Origin: Octopus vulgaris
Taxonomy: Eukaryota
Direction: 5' to 3'
Assembly: GCA_951406725.2 (NCBI GenBank)
Contig: OX597815.1
Coordinates: forward strand, 195,176,001-195,240,000
Length of the DNA stretch: 64,000 nucleotides
Part shown: positions 42,213 through 55,800 of the stretch, piece by piece
Numbering within the stretch: the first letter of the stretch is position 1
Layout of the letters: every line of letters starts with the position of its first letter
The notes under the pieces: model-generated
Told to the model about the DNA's origin: nothing
Database searches by the model: none
What the model saw: the letters and a program-made list of their open reading frames with translations, nothing else
Translations under genes and position numbers: made by a program

Positions 42213-43509
42213 TTCAGTCCTATATATTCTTAGCATCTGATAACACATGATTACTGCACCGTCTTTTTCAGACATACGAGTAATGTGCTTAGCCTGTTAC
42301 TTCCTATTGCACTAAGTAGCATTTCTCCAGGCTTTAGGTTCCGGTTTCAAATCCGCTGGGGTCGACTTTGCTTTTGATCATTTCTGGGTCGATAACATAA
42401 GTGACAGTTAAGAATTGGGGTCGATGAAGCCAACTTGCCTTTCACTTCTAAACTGCAGGCCTTGTGAAAAAGTTTATCAAAATGACTATTATCATTCTTA
42501 AGGTAACGAGCTTAAAGATTATCTAACATGGAGGACATAAATCATTCCTGATATCCTATTATCATAATCGTTGACATTACTACGATTATTATTACTACCA
42601 TTATACTTAGCTTTACTATTAGTTTTTATAGATTATACACTATTTTAATGTTGTTATTGTTGCATACTTCATTATTAATATTATTTTTACTAGTACAAAA
42701 TTCAAAAATTTACTTTTTAAAGTTTGTACCTTCAGGATACGTAAAATCTCCAAAATTGGTACCTGTGTGGATACGTGTGGAAGAATTTCATGCACGTCTA
42801 CAGTTCGAATCTAAGAGTTCGAAGCACCTTGTGTTTAAAGTTGATGGTTAGCCCATTTACATATTTTCAGAATTCGCGTGTCGGAATCACAAATTTGAAT
42901 TGTGTACTTACAGTATAAGCAAAATACCTCTTGCTGTCTCATGTATGGAGATATACCTTTCACTATACTTCTTCTGCAAGGTGTTGTAACTGTCTATATG
43001 TTTTAGTTATCCTACGTATACAGTCAATGAAATTGATTGAACCAAACAAGGATTTTCGAAAAGAGACGTATAATCTGCAGAGACATAATATGTAGAGACG
43101 TTTTTTTTTCTGATTTCTTTCATTACCAGAGGTGTTTATTTGGTGTCGTTAGAAAAGAAGCTTAAGATTTTAATTAATTCTTGTTAGTAAAGATTGTCTA
43201 CCACTCTTAGAGAATATCAGTTACATTTGAAGAAATAAGTTAGTCAGAAGTCGAAAATAGTGGGCGCAAATAAGTTATTAGTTAAAATACATATGTATAC
43301 ACACACACACACAAATATATATATATTTGGCGATTTTTTTCCTCTGCCTTCCCTTCTCTGGATCTTTCCTTCTCCTATGTTTCTAACGAAGAGCTCCGCT
43401 CGAAAAGTTAAATCCTCCTTCTTTCCTTCTTTCCTGAGCGTCCAATAATACTATATTTGTTTCACGTCCTCGTGTTGTTGTGTTTTTTTGTGCTTTCTTG
43501 TTTGGATTC

Positions 43510-43557
<48 letters not shown>

Positions 43558-43560
<3 letters not shown>

Positions 43561-43967
43561 GTGGAAGGCCCAACTGCGGAATCTGTGTCATCTTGGTAGA
43601 AGGTTCAGAATTTATACTAGAACAAGGCCATCAGTTCACCATTAGAACAAACTTCACCTGTGCATCAGAAAACTTAATTTACGTCTTAACATGCGCAGGC
43701 TGCAGTAGGCAATATATAGGCCATACAAAATATAGCTTACGTAACAGGATGGCGGTGCATAAATCACAAATTAGAAACCCTGAATACCGGAAAATACCGG
43801 TCAGCGGACACATAGATAGATGTGCTGCAAATGAAAATCCGAAATTTACAACTTACCCACTTTACAAATTCAGTGACAGCGTAACCTTCACGCAACGCCA
43901 AAATAAAGAACTTTATTTCATCAAAAAATTTAGACCAAGTTTGAACACCCTGGGCCAGGAATATTAA
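43558..43967 (+). CDS. Partial Penelope Cys linker + GIY-YIG endonuclease
   Basis: KCGRPNCGIC..NFTCASENLIYVLTCAGCSRQYIGHT..RNRMAVH..PEYRKIP..H..KE..FI..PSLN; clearly homologous to the C-terminus of the 23925-25028 ORF. Confidence 0.9.
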
Positions 43968-44211
43968 AACAAAACATTGGTCTTCCGAAAAAGAAAAACG
44001 AAACTCTACCACAACCACTACGACTGCTCCCACTAGCACTACTACTACTACACCCACCGTGGTCACTGTTGCTACGGCCACAGTGAGAGAATTAAAATAG
44101 TGGTGGTGGGGGCAATTACAATTTCTCAGATCCTTAAACAGTCACTACCGCTAGCAGTGGTATGTCTTAGGGAAGGAAAAATTTATAAAAAGATTTTTTT
44201 CTCTGCGAGCA

Positions 44212-44517
44212 GATCTAATTTTGATTCGTCAAAAAATTGATGACGTTTTACCTCAGTGGTCAAGCTTGTCGCCATGCTTGATTGCTTTCCTTACAAGATA
44301 CAATTATGGGTCAGGTCTTATTCTGATTCGTTAAAAAATTGATGATGTTTTTCCTCCGTGGTCAAACTAGTCGTTCTGCAAGGTAAACCACCTAACAGTA
44401 TACAATTATGGGTCAGATCTGATTTTGATTCGCAAAAAAATTGATGACGTCTTTCTTCCGTGGTCAAACTTGTCGTTCTGCTTGGTTGGTTTCCTAAACA
44501 GGATACAGTTGGGGGTC
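44212..44517. repeat. 102-bp tandem repeat x3
   Basis: TGATTCG..AAAAAATTGATGAYGT at 44222, 44324, 44426. Confidence 0.85.
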
Positions 44518-44827
44518 TATTCCTTATATTCGTTGAGGCTTGGTTTTGACTGGTTTGGAATTACATGACGTCAGTGAACAGTGCCAGAGACCACGGCCAC
44601 TACTGCTTTCACAACCACAGCTTAGCTGATATAAACACAACCACCACAAAGTTTACCAAAGTACGCCAACAGACGACGACCAAGAATCACTACTGTTGCT
44701 CCCATTGGAACACAAGGTAAAATCTATAATGAACTCCTGCACTACACTTGACAAAACAGTAAGGAACGACTATGGATTTTTTCTATTATACTCCTTATAA
44801 TGTATTTTTCGCCTTTTCAAGAACATA

Positions 44828-45096
44828 GATTCTATTGAATGTATATAGCATGGACTCTATTAAATGTATGTAACAATTATGAACTGTTCCATTATACACG
44901 TTATGTATGTAGCATGGACTCTATTGAATGTATGTAACAATTATGAACTGTTCCATTATACACGTTATGTATGTAGCATGGACTCTATTGAATGTATGTA
45001 ACAATTATGAACTGTTCCATTATACTCTTTATGTATATAGCATGGACTCTATTGAATGTATGTAACAATTATGAACTGTTCCATTATACTCGTTAT
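44828..45096. repeat. 64-bp tandem repeat x~4
   Basis: GACTCTATT starts at 44853, 44917, 44981, 45045. Confidence 0.9.
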
Positions 45097-45105
45097 TATA
45101 AAAAA

Positions 45106-45153
45106 AATTTTTTGATAAGGTTCGTTATTTCAAGAACCGAAACATGTAAAATT
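45106..45153 (+). ncRNA. Minimal hammerhead-like motif, U3-A8 core variant
   Basis: TTT-TTGATAA-GGTTC(gttatttcaa)GAACC-GAAA-CATG-TA-AAATT; palindromic stem III ACATGT; weak AU stem I. Confidence 0.6.
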
Positions 45154-45236
45154 AAAATTTATCTAATATACTGGCATTTTCAAACTTCTTTTTTACAAAT
45201 ATATACCCACTCGTATACTACCTACTCTTATTATAA

Positions 45237-45315
<79 letters not shown>

Positions 45316-47419
45316 TTATCATTAGTGCTCCGATAGGAACTCATTTTCAAATGGAAAATCTATCGGATAATCGGCATATCTTCACGATTCTACAATATAT
45401 TACAATGCAGCACAGACGAAAATTGTTGTAGTGAATAAGGAATATACATTGAAAAACAAATAATACATGAGATACAAATTGTAACAAGCCCCAAACTCAA
45501 AATATCTTATTACAAGTTCGCATTAAATACAGTGGCTGGAAAACGATTAGCCTAGATTTACTTCAAATTGCTCTCTTTTTATTGAACAACACAACAGAAA
45601 TAATGATAATTCTTAACAAAAACGCTAACATTTTCATACTGCACCACCCCCAACTCTGCGTACAAATCTTTCCTCCTCGAATATGTAAAAGCTGAGACCA
45701 GTAGCAAACTTGATAACATTAGTTTCAACGCTTCTAACGTTCGGAGATTTAAATCAACGTGCTTTATTTTTCCATGTGAACTTATGATCCCAAATCTCCC
45801 TTCTTGTTGCTTTTCCCTTTGTTATTTTTTATTGTTAATTTTTTTCTTCTTTTCATTTTGTAAATAATTGTTTGAGAACTGATACTTACAATCGCAGTTG
45901 TCTGCCAATTATTTTTCACTTGTTCTGAAATTCGCAATAACAGTTAATATGTAGAATCAGATATGAATACAATAAAATCCCTCATGTTAACAGCATGCTC
46001 TATCTCTATTCCGCAGAACTAAATAAACAATTACTCTAAAACTCTTTTACTACGATTCACAGATTGAAAGACAGGACATTTTTAGATAAATCGCGAAAAG
46101 TCATTTAGAATTCTAGAAATTTGTACTATCATAATAAAACTTAATCAATGACGTTTTACATTGCTCTGTCAACAATACTTTTTAATCTTTCCTTTTTCCT
46201 AACAAGGTGCAATATATTGAGGGCGTCTTCTGAGAGATACTCAAAACTGTTATTTCCAGCAATTATTTCACAATATACAGTATATCAACGCAAATAGACA
46301 CCTAGTAAAGATATTCTTTTTTTAATTGACTGTCACAGAATTAACTCAGAAACAGGTTTGCATATATATTCACACGCGCGCAAATACCCACACACATTCA
46401 AATACACACATATAAAATATGTATCTATGTATTTTATCATTTTGCAAAATTTTAACGATAATAACCTAGAAATCAATATACATATGTTCCGGAATGAAGG
46501 TAAACGAGTAAAGAGCATGGAATGAAATTTTCAACCAATCTTTTCCACCAATTTCACACTGCTCCCAAAATATCTCAGAATAACTTCAGAAGAAAAAGAT
46601 TGTGAGCGAAGCACCCTAAGGTGAGACAAGAAAGATCAAGTGTAGAGATGGCAAACGACACGTGTTACAGAATGAGAATGGAATATGATTGTGCATTGCT
46701 GACCTACCAGTTTATGATGCCAAACTCACTGTATTTATTGGCCTTCATTATATTTCTAAAATCTCACAAAACTGTTTCTGTCTTTCACTCATAAAACTTA
46801 GATGTGTTTCGACCAATGATTGATCCCGGCCATGTCTAACTTAATAGCACCACCTGATAGGATTATTTGAATCCTGTTTAAGTCAAGTTTTGTTTATGGT
46901 CCATTCAAGTAGTGAGTTTTTGTTGGGTGAGTTGTATCCAGTTATGGGTGGCTTATCTGGTATTCCTTGAAGGAATTTATCCAGACTCCATTTAAAGTTG
47001 ATGGGATCATGTTCCTCTTTGACCTCTTTCGGGACACACATAACAAGAGGTTTTTCTTCAGCATCATGCTACCATGAGAATATATACACTGTATATGATA
47101 CAGAACTATAAATATCATACCTACGTATCATACCTATAAAGTAGAAAGCAGTTATATCACAGGAGTTATATTCAGGAAATATATTCTACGAGTCTAACAA
47201 TTTTCAATCAAACTTTAGTAGCCTTTGAAATGTAGACGTGCATACACGTACGCGCGTATGGAGGAGGGAGTGTTTTCCTGACTCCAGTTCGACCTCATTT
47301 GTTTCTACATGTTTTGTGAATGAAAGAATATGGACTGAAACTTATTATATGAGTGTATGAGTGAGTGTGCTTTAATGTATGAAAATACGTGTCTATCCAT
47401 ATATATCGTCGAATATGCT

Positions 47420-47475
<56 letters not shown>

Positions 47476-47477
<2 letters not shown>

Positions 47478-47635
47478 CTAACGTCCCCGTAACCTGGCGG
47501 TTCGGCAAAAGAGACGGTATAGAATAAGTACCAGGCTTACAAAGAATAAGTTCTGGGGTCGATCTGCTCGACTAAAGACGGTGTTCCAGCATGACCGCTG
47601 TCAAGTGACTGAAACAAGTAAAAGAGTAAAAGAGT
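47476..47635 (+). mobile_element. SINE family A, 3' half
   Basis: ACGTCCCCGTAAC..GGTTCGGCAAAAGAGAC..(AAGAGTA)n tail after a (TA)(TG) tract. Confidence 0.75.
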
Positions 47636-47961
47636 ATATGCTCTTAAATTACCATAGCAGCACGAGGGTGTCAACATCATGCTGGAAATAAAACTTCACA
47701 TTCCTAAATCATTACTTGACATGACCGACTGTCACGGCAACTTCAAGAAAATGGTACCAGTCAGATTAATATCGAAAATTAATGCTATAGCTATTTCTTT
47801 ACGTTTGGGGCTGTACCATACTGCAACTCCTTGTTTTCACCCCTAATCTCAGCTCCCTATAAATGAAATTGTTGCGGTATACTCTGATCTCAAACAGGCA
47901 ATTGTGTGATTTTCAGTAACACATTCGAACTATAGAGTTATTTAACTAAACCACTTACTGC

Positions 47962-48044
47962 CGCAAGGTATTGACTAATGGGACCTTCGCAAGGTATTGA
48001 CTAATGGGACCATCGCAAGGTATTGACTAATGGGACCTTCGCAA
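47962..48044. repeat. 26-bp tandem repeat x3
   Basis: CGCAAGGTATTGACTAATGGGACC(T/A)T three times. Confidence 0.9.
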
Positions 48045-48049
48045 AATAT

Positions 48050-48710
48050 TGGTTTCTAATTTTGGCACAAAGCCAGGAATTTCAGAGTAGAATGTAAGTG
48101 AATTATATCGGCTCCTTTGCTAAACTGGTACCTGTTTTATCGAACCCGAGAGGATAAAACGCAGAATAGACCCACAGCGGCATGTGAACTCAAAATATAA
48201 TCCTTTCTATAATAGGCCCAAGGCCTGAAATTTGGGGCAGGAGAAAGTCGATTACATCGAATCCAGTACTCACCTGGTATTTAATTTATCGACCCCGAAA
48301 GGATAAAAGGTAAAGTCGACCTCGGCGCAATTTGAACTCAGAACCTAGTGACGGACGAAATGCCCGTAAGCCTTTCGCCCGGCGTACTAACAATTCTGCC
48401 AGCTCGCCACCTTATGAACTCAAAATATAAATGTCGGAAGATATATTGCTGAGCATTTTGTCCGGTATTCTGACGATTCTATCAGTTTGCCGCCTACCTT
48501 TGCAAACTCTTGTTTTCCAATTTCAGCACGAGACCAGCAATTTCTGACACCGTTGTAAGTTGATTACATTGACCCTAATGCTCAACAGGTACTTATTCTC
48601 TTGACCCAGAAGGGATGAAAGGTAAAGTACACCTCGGCAATTTTGAACTGATAAAGTAATGACTGGAAAAATAGCCGATAAGCATTTTATGTGCCATTCT
48701 AACTATTCTC
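48050..48710 (-). mobile_element. Nested/diverged SINE family C copies
   Basis: A younger copy at ~48200-48413 sits inside an older one (TGAACTCAAAATATAA duplicated on both sides); a third decayed copy follows. Confidence 0.7.
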
Positions 48711-49085
48711 CCCATTTTCCCACGTGGCTCCAAACGTCCTCAAAATATGAAAATACAACAATTGCTTTTCACAACATAATCCAAAATGCATCATGCGAAC
48801 GTCAGAATCATTTATTGTCTAACTGAAACATGGTGGAATAATTGTCAGAAAAAAATACAAGGAATCAGATAGAGCAATACACGAGATACCTTCATATTTT
48901 ATCGATGCCTTGGGTAGGAAAGGCAAATATCAAAATATCATTATTTCAATGCCTTTGTATTAAAAATATATTATATTAACGTAACTTTTCAAATGGCAAT
49001 TCAGACCAATACCAGTTTCTATACTATTTCATTAATTTCTCTGGTTGATTTACCATAATAACAGCAACAGCAATAACAATGATAA

Positions 49086-50231
49086 TGGTTTCAAATTTTG
49101 GCACAAGGCCAGAAACATCGAGGACGGGAGAAGTCAATTACATCGACCCCAGTGTTAAACTGATACTTAGTTTATCGACCCTGAAAGGATGATAGGTAAT
49201 GTCGACATCGGAAGAATTTGAACTCAGAACGTAAAGACGGACGAAATACCACTAAGCGTTATGTCCGGCGTGATAACGATTCTTTTCTACTCTAAGCACA
49301 AGGCCCGAAATTTTGGGGGACGGTGCCAGTCGATTAGATCGATCCCAGTACGCAACTGGTAATTGATTTATCGACCCCAAAATGATGAAAGGCAAAGTTT
49401 ACCTCGGCAAAATTTGAACTCAGGACGTAAAGACGGACGAAATACCTATTTCTTTACTACCCACAAGGGGCTAAACACAGAGAAGTCAAACAAGGACAGA
49501 CAAACGGATTAAGTCGATTATATCGATCCCAGTGCGTTACTGCTACTTATTTTATCGACCCCGAAATGATGAAAGGCAAAGATGACCTCGGCGGAAAATT
49601 TGAACTCAGAACGTAACGGCAGACGAATTACCTATTTCTTTATTACCCACAAGGGGCTAAACACAGAGGGGACAAACAAGGACAGAAAAAGGGATTAAGT
49701 CGATTACATCGGCCTCAGTGCATAACTGGTACTTATTTAATCGACCCCGAAAGGATGAAAGGCAAAGTCGACCTCGGCGGAATTTGAACTCAGAACGTAA
49801 CGGCAGACGAATTACCTATTTCTTTATTACCCACAAGGGACTAAACACAGAGAAGACAAACAAGGACAGACATAGGTATTAAGTCGATTACATCGACCCC
49901 AGTGCGTAACTGGTACTAACTTTTCGACTCCGAAAGGATGAAAGGCAAAGCTTACCTCGGCGGAATTTGAACTCAGAACGTAACAGCAGACGAATTACCT
50001 ATTTCTTTATTACCTACAAGGGGCTAAACATAGAGGGGACAAACAAGGACATACATAGGTATTAAGTCGATTACATCGACCCCAGTGCGTAACTGGTACT
50101 TATTTAATCGACCCCGAAAGAATGAAAGGCAAAGTCGACCTCGGCGGAATTAGAACTCAGAACGTAGCGGCAGATGAAATGCCGCTAAGCATTTCGCCCG
50201 ACATGCTAATGCTTCTGCCAGCTCACCGCCT
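49086..50231 (-). mobile_element. SINE family C tandem array (single head, ~184-bp body x4-5)
   Basis: TACCTATTTCTTTA(C/T)TACC recurs at ~49443, 49629, 49812, 49996; head at 50231. Confidence 0.9.
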
Positions 50232-50769
50232 TCAGTAACAACAACAACAACAATAATAATTATTATGATGGTGATGATGATGATAATTGTGATGATGATT
50301 TATTACATAGATACAATAGTTTGATCGATATCGACTTGTACTTAGTAGATCATCGATCCAATATGAATAAAAGACAACGTCAAAACCGTGGGATTAACAT
50401 TCAGAAGAGAAATAGGCGTAACTAAATAGCACAAACCTTACATTCATTATTTCACCAGGGTTGCTATATTTGTCCTACGTTTTATTAGTATTTCGTTCAT
50501 TGACAAAAGTATTGTAAATACTGTAATTTACCTGGAAGCGTAATCGGGATATTCTTATTGATCCATATGATTTGAAACCTGAGCGCAACCGGTGAGCAGT
50601 GCTAAAATATATATTTGATATACTTAACACCTTTCTGGAACTGCGCTAGGAAAGTAGTTTTAATGATACTTACGTGAAAGGATCGTTACGAAACAAATAG
50701 AAAGACGAAATTCACCTGTAATTAGAAGATACATGTATACATATATATATGTGTGTGTGTATATAATCG

Positions 50770-50830
<61 letters not shown>

Positions 50831-50875
50831 GATGTGTATGTATATCTGTCTATATAAAAGCATATATATATATAC

Positions 50876-50912
<37 letters not shown>

Positions 50913-50999
50913 TACATATATACATACATATATACGTATATATATATATATATATATGTATATGTATATATATGCATATATATATATATCTTTCTTTAT

Positions 51000-51044
<45 letters not shown>

Positions 51045-51620
51045 ATATATATGTATGTATATACATTCATATATATGTATATATATGCCGCAGAGGTATG
51101 AGAGGGGCAGGTTGACATCAATATCAATTGATCTAACTAAGCAATTAAGTGGGGGAAAAAATTAAGCATTTATAGCTGATATATTCTTGTTTCTGCACCA
51201 CATGCTTTCTATATAGATCATATCAATAGTCATTACATTATCTGAAGATAATAATTATATGGGTTTATGAGAATAAGGCTTGTATTGATTTTTTATAAGG
51301 ACAGGCTCCAATACATTCTTAGTAATTGTTTATTCAATGTCGCATAATGGAGTTTGCATCGGAGCTACCTGTGATAGGTGCATGGCACATAAAATGCAAC
51401 TATTAATTTGCGTCATCCACGGCTTGGAGATCACGCACACATTTTTATATTCTCTATGCATGTTACAGACAGCATCAATCCAAACATTTGCTACAGCGTC
51501 TTTCAAATGTACTTTTGCGGGTGTGTTGACATAGCCACCCACGCTATTTTCAAAAGGCATGAAAATGCAGCTATTCTCTTGGTACTTTTTATGTCTAGGA
51601 CACCTTTTCATAAGAATTGC

Positions 51621-53269
51621 ATCAAGCTGCGTAAAAAGTAAGCAGCGTTTTCAACCGTGACGAATTTGCACCGGATCGAAGATTGAATTTTTTTAAACAT
51701 TTTTTTATTTTTTATTATTTTTATTCTGAAAATACCGACATAGACTTGACGAAAAGTATCGATAAATTAACATTGACTTTTCTCCCCGTTGTTACAATCA
51801 TCTGAAATGGAACTGTCAAAATGCGATATTCGAGCAAGTTTGCTATTCAACTTCAAAAAAGGACTAAAGTAGCCGAAACTGCTCGCGACATCAACGAAAC
51901 GCTTGGTGAGGAAATGACCAGTGAGTGGTCAGCTCGAAAATGGTTGAAACGATTTCGCAGTGGAGACATGAGCCTTGAAGATCGTGAGCGTAGTGGACGC
52001 CCATCTGTCATCGATGTCGGTTAATTAAAGACAGTAATTGAGAAGAGTCCCCGTAAAACCACTCACGAATTGGCAAAAGCATTTCAAGTTAGTCAGAAAA
52101 CTGCCTGCAACTCTCCGCATGCGATCGGAAAATCAAAAATGCTCGACAAATGGGTACCACACGATTTGAATGAAAATCAGAAAATGCTCGTCGCTTCTTC
52201 TATGTAACCAGACTGATCCATTTCTCGACCTATTGGAACTTGCGATGAAAAGTGGATTTTGTACAATAGTAAAAAAAAGTTCTTCGCAGTGGTTGGGCAA
52301 CGAAGCACCGAAAGCCTTCCCTACAACCGAGTTCTTAAAAAATAATGTTATGGTGACTACTGGTGTACTGCAGAAATCATCCACTATGACTTCTTAAAAC
52401 CTGGAAAAATCTTTACTGCAGAAGCATATTTCAAGGAAATTGCCAAAATGAGCGAAAAACTGCTATTTCCCCGTCCCAGATTGGTCAACGGAAGAGGACC
52501 ATCATTCTTCATGACAATGCTCGACCACATGTGTCACTAATGATGCTCCAGAATTTGAGGGAACTTGCCTACGAAGTTACTCCCTACCCAACGTATTTCC
52601 CAGTCCTTTTTCCTACCAACTACGATTTTTTCAAGTACCTTGACAGCTTCCTGCAAGAGAAGGAGTTCAAAAATCCAACCGATATTGAAAGTGCGTTCAA
52701 AAGTTCTATTACAATTGGTGTCAGAAAACCTGGAAATGCCACAGATCTAATTCAACTACTTAATATGTTTAAGCCCTACGTCATGGTTAGAGATTGGAAG
52801 GCACTATTTAGCATAACCAAAGACCTGAACATCTAATGCCTTACAGCGTGCATCGGCTAAGATAGAAGTGACACACCTGTGAATGCTAAAATCTATAGAG
52901 TAGAGAATTCCTGAATAGGATCGGAGGTTCTATTACAATTGGTGTCAGAAAACTTGGAAAATGTCACAGATCTAATTCAACTAATTAATATGTTTAAGCC
53001 CTACGTCATGGTTAGAGATTCAAACGCTTGTTTCACTTATATAACGCCAAACAAGAATAGCTCTCACACGACTGTGTTAACGAGCCCAGCACCCTGCTTC
53101 AGAACTCCAGATTTTTATGTTACCGGAATAAACAAACTTGTCACTCGTTAGAAAATATGTATTGCATGTAATAGTGCATATTTTGATGAATAAATTATCT
53201 GCTTTGTTGAAATATATTGTGATAGACGTCATGTTTTGAAAGCGTTGCTTACTTTTTCCTCATACTGAT
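51621..53269 (+). mobile_element. Mariner transposon fossil with degenerate TIRs
   Basis: AAAAAGTAAGCAGCGTTTTCAA / TTGAAAGCGTTGCTTACTTTTT inverted ends enclose a transposase pseudogene. Confidence 0.85.
51807..53193 (+). pseudogene. Mariner DD34D-type transposase pseudogene
   Basis: AETARDIN, LEDRERSGRP, KWVPHDL, TCDEKW, LHDNARPH, degenerate YSPDL, GINKLV.R..C....YFDE*; frameshifts and a ~390-bp insertion. Confidence 0.9.
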
Positions 53270-54847
53270 AGATATTTACTGTACAATAACGGAACTGGTG
53301 ACAGCATTGCTTACACTACGCATTTTTTTCTATCAAATTATGCTGTACTCTTCAAATATATTGTGTACAATTTTGTTCTGTGTTCGAAGGCGTGTGTCCT
53401 AGTTGTTAGGGTGCTGGGCTCGTTAACACAGTCGTGTGAGAGCTATTCTTGTTTGGCGTTACATAAGTAAAACAAGCGTTTGAATCTCTAACCATGACGT
53501 AGAGCTTAAACATATTAAGTAGTTGAATTAGATCTGTGGCATTTTCCAGGTTTTCTGACACCAATTGTAATAGAACCTCCGATCCTATTCAGGAATTCTC
53601 TACTCTATAGATTTTAGCATTCACAAGTGTGTCACTTCCATCTAAGACGACGCGCGCAGTAAGGCATTAGATGTTCAGGTCTTGGGTAATGCTAAATAGT
53701 GCCATCAAATATAAGTTTAAATAACAAATTCCTCTGTCATACAGAGGGAAAAGGTATGCTGAACTGAGGTAGGTTCTGGAAGAAAGTGCAATTCATAGAT
53801 GCCCAATTGTCGGTCCACAGTAAGAAATCGTTATCTGCCTATATGTGTAGCAACTCTCTTTCCAGTTGAGCGCGCATAGCCTTTTTCTACGTGTCAGATA
53901 TACAGTAGTACGTAACTTCTTTTCTATGAACTGGCAGCGAAATGCTGCACTTCAAGTTCGAGCGCTAGTAATGTAGCTTTTGGTTGGAAGATATTTCCAG
54001 CATGTTGAGCATCACTTAAATTGGTATGTTTATCCACTATGAAAACCTGGATTCTAATCATTGGACTCCAGCGAAGGACATCGCTTTAATTTATTGGTTT
54101 CGTTACGCATTTGTGCGGTCACATTAAGAGTAGTGCTGATGGAGACGTTAAATTTCGCAGTAGTAGTAGACGTAGTATCAGTGTTGCTCTTTGCATTGTG
54201 GTGGTGAAGTCGTTCTTTCTTTGTCATATACGGCTTCGAATACTTTATTTCTGTTACTGTCGTGGAGAATACTGTCTATTCCACCCACTGCATTGAGGCT
54301 GGTGGTAGTGGTGGTTACGATGGATGTGTCCACGATCTTGTTTTCCCTGGTTCCAACGCCACAAATGTTGTGATGGATTTCATGAGTTGCTGTTGCTTTT
54401 CTCGTTCTCTGTTAATTCGATAGTATTACAGTTCTTGCGGCAGCCATTATTGCTGTTGCTGCTGTATTCCTGCCTCTCACAGTAGCCATGCTATAGTTTT
54501 TTAGGCTTTATAATTCGTAATTCCAAATCGCCTGCCGATTTTCTCTCCAATTGATTAAATATTAACTACTTTAATTTATTTTTCACAATTTTGTTGAATT
54601 GTTTAAAAGGTTTGGGCAGAAAGGTTAAAAAAAACGGAAGCGCTAACATCTGGTCGCTCTTAGATTAATTAAAAGTAACAACCACGTATTAACAATGAAA
54701 AAATATCTACTTATAGGAATAAAATGCATTACGTACTTCTCTCGGGTACGGTTGGTTAGTGCAACGACTACTACAGCTGCTGCTACTACAACTACCGTTA
54801 TTAGTATTACGACTATTACTACTACAGCTACTACTAATGATAGTAAT

Positions 54848-55030
54848 GATTTCAAATTTTTGGCACAAGCAAGTAAGTTCAGAAGGGAGGGTAAGTCAAT
54901 TACATCAATCCCAATACGTAACTGGTTAATATTTTATTGACCCTGAGTGGATGAAAAGCAAAGTCGACCTCGGCAGAATTCGAACACAAAAAATAAAGAT
55001 GGGCGAAATACCGTTACGCATTTTGCCTGC
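54848..55030 (-). mobile_element. Diverged SINE family C
   Basis: TTTTGGCACAAG..GGATGAAAAGCAAAGTCGACCTCGGC. Confidence 0.6.
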
Positions 55031-55424
55031 CGTCTAGCTATTTAGATAAATGATAATAATTCGGAGGTTTTCAATTTGGCCCAAGGTCAGTAATTTTGAG
55101 GTGAAAATGTGAATTGATATCAACTCTAGAAATAGTTCAGGCGATGGTAAGAATGGTCTGAGCTTGACTTCTCTATCAACCGCTTCAGCTTCACCTAATA
55201 ACTGCCACATCTCACAGTTTCATAAAATGTCTCATAACGAAGATGTTTACAGTTTCAGTAAAACAGATAACGAAATTTCTCTCAATTACAGATAATACTG
55301 CTGCTGCTACTGCTACTGCTGCTACTACTACTGCTGCTACTGCTGCACACTTAAATGTATTAGACATCCTCAAAAACAAAAGCATCTGCAATACTTATCG
55401 AAATCTCCCACCGCATAGTACTAC

Positions 55425-55704
55425 AGCTCTCACACGACTGTGTTAACGAGCCCAGCACCCTAACAACTAGGACACACGCCTTCGAACACAGAACAAAATT
55501 GTACACAATATATTTGAAGAGTACAGCATAATTTGATAGAAAAAAATGCGTAGTGTAAGCAATGCTGTCACCAGTTCCGTTATTGTACAGTAAAGACGTA
55601 TCAGTATGAGGAAAAAGTAAGCAACGCTTTCAAAACATGACGTCTATCACAATATATTTCAACAAAGCAGATAATTTATTCATCAAAATATGCACCATTA
55701 CATG
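55425..55704 (-). repeat. Inverted copy of 53165-53444 (includes mariner right TIR)
   Basis: Near-identical reverse complement, bracketed by GTACTACAGCT (55418-55428, 55704-55714). Confidence 0.9.
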
Positions 55705-55800
55705 TACTACAGCTGCTACCCTACATATCTCTGTTCTGTTTATTTTCACATGGTTGCAATGACGTAGACTGTTCTCCACATTCACGTCTTTACCTATCAT

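Larger units (their letters stand above)
43558..45240 (+). mobile_element. Second Penelope-like element, 3' fragment inserted in (TA)n
   Basis: GIY-YIG coding fragment followed by a long 3' region with tandem repeats and a hammerhead-like motif; (TA)n on both sides. Confidence 0.75.

Noticed and set aside
46790-47065. Minus-strand GAAAC/GAAAG..TC motifs with short flanking stems
   Set aside because: CUGANGA absent from the required position.
49086-50231. Regularly spaced repeats resembling a CRISPR array
   Set aside because: The whole unit is repeated, there are no unique spacers or cas genes, and the sequence is a SINE.
51330-51611. Cys-rich short ORFs on both strands
   Set aside because: No recognisable family; could be chance.
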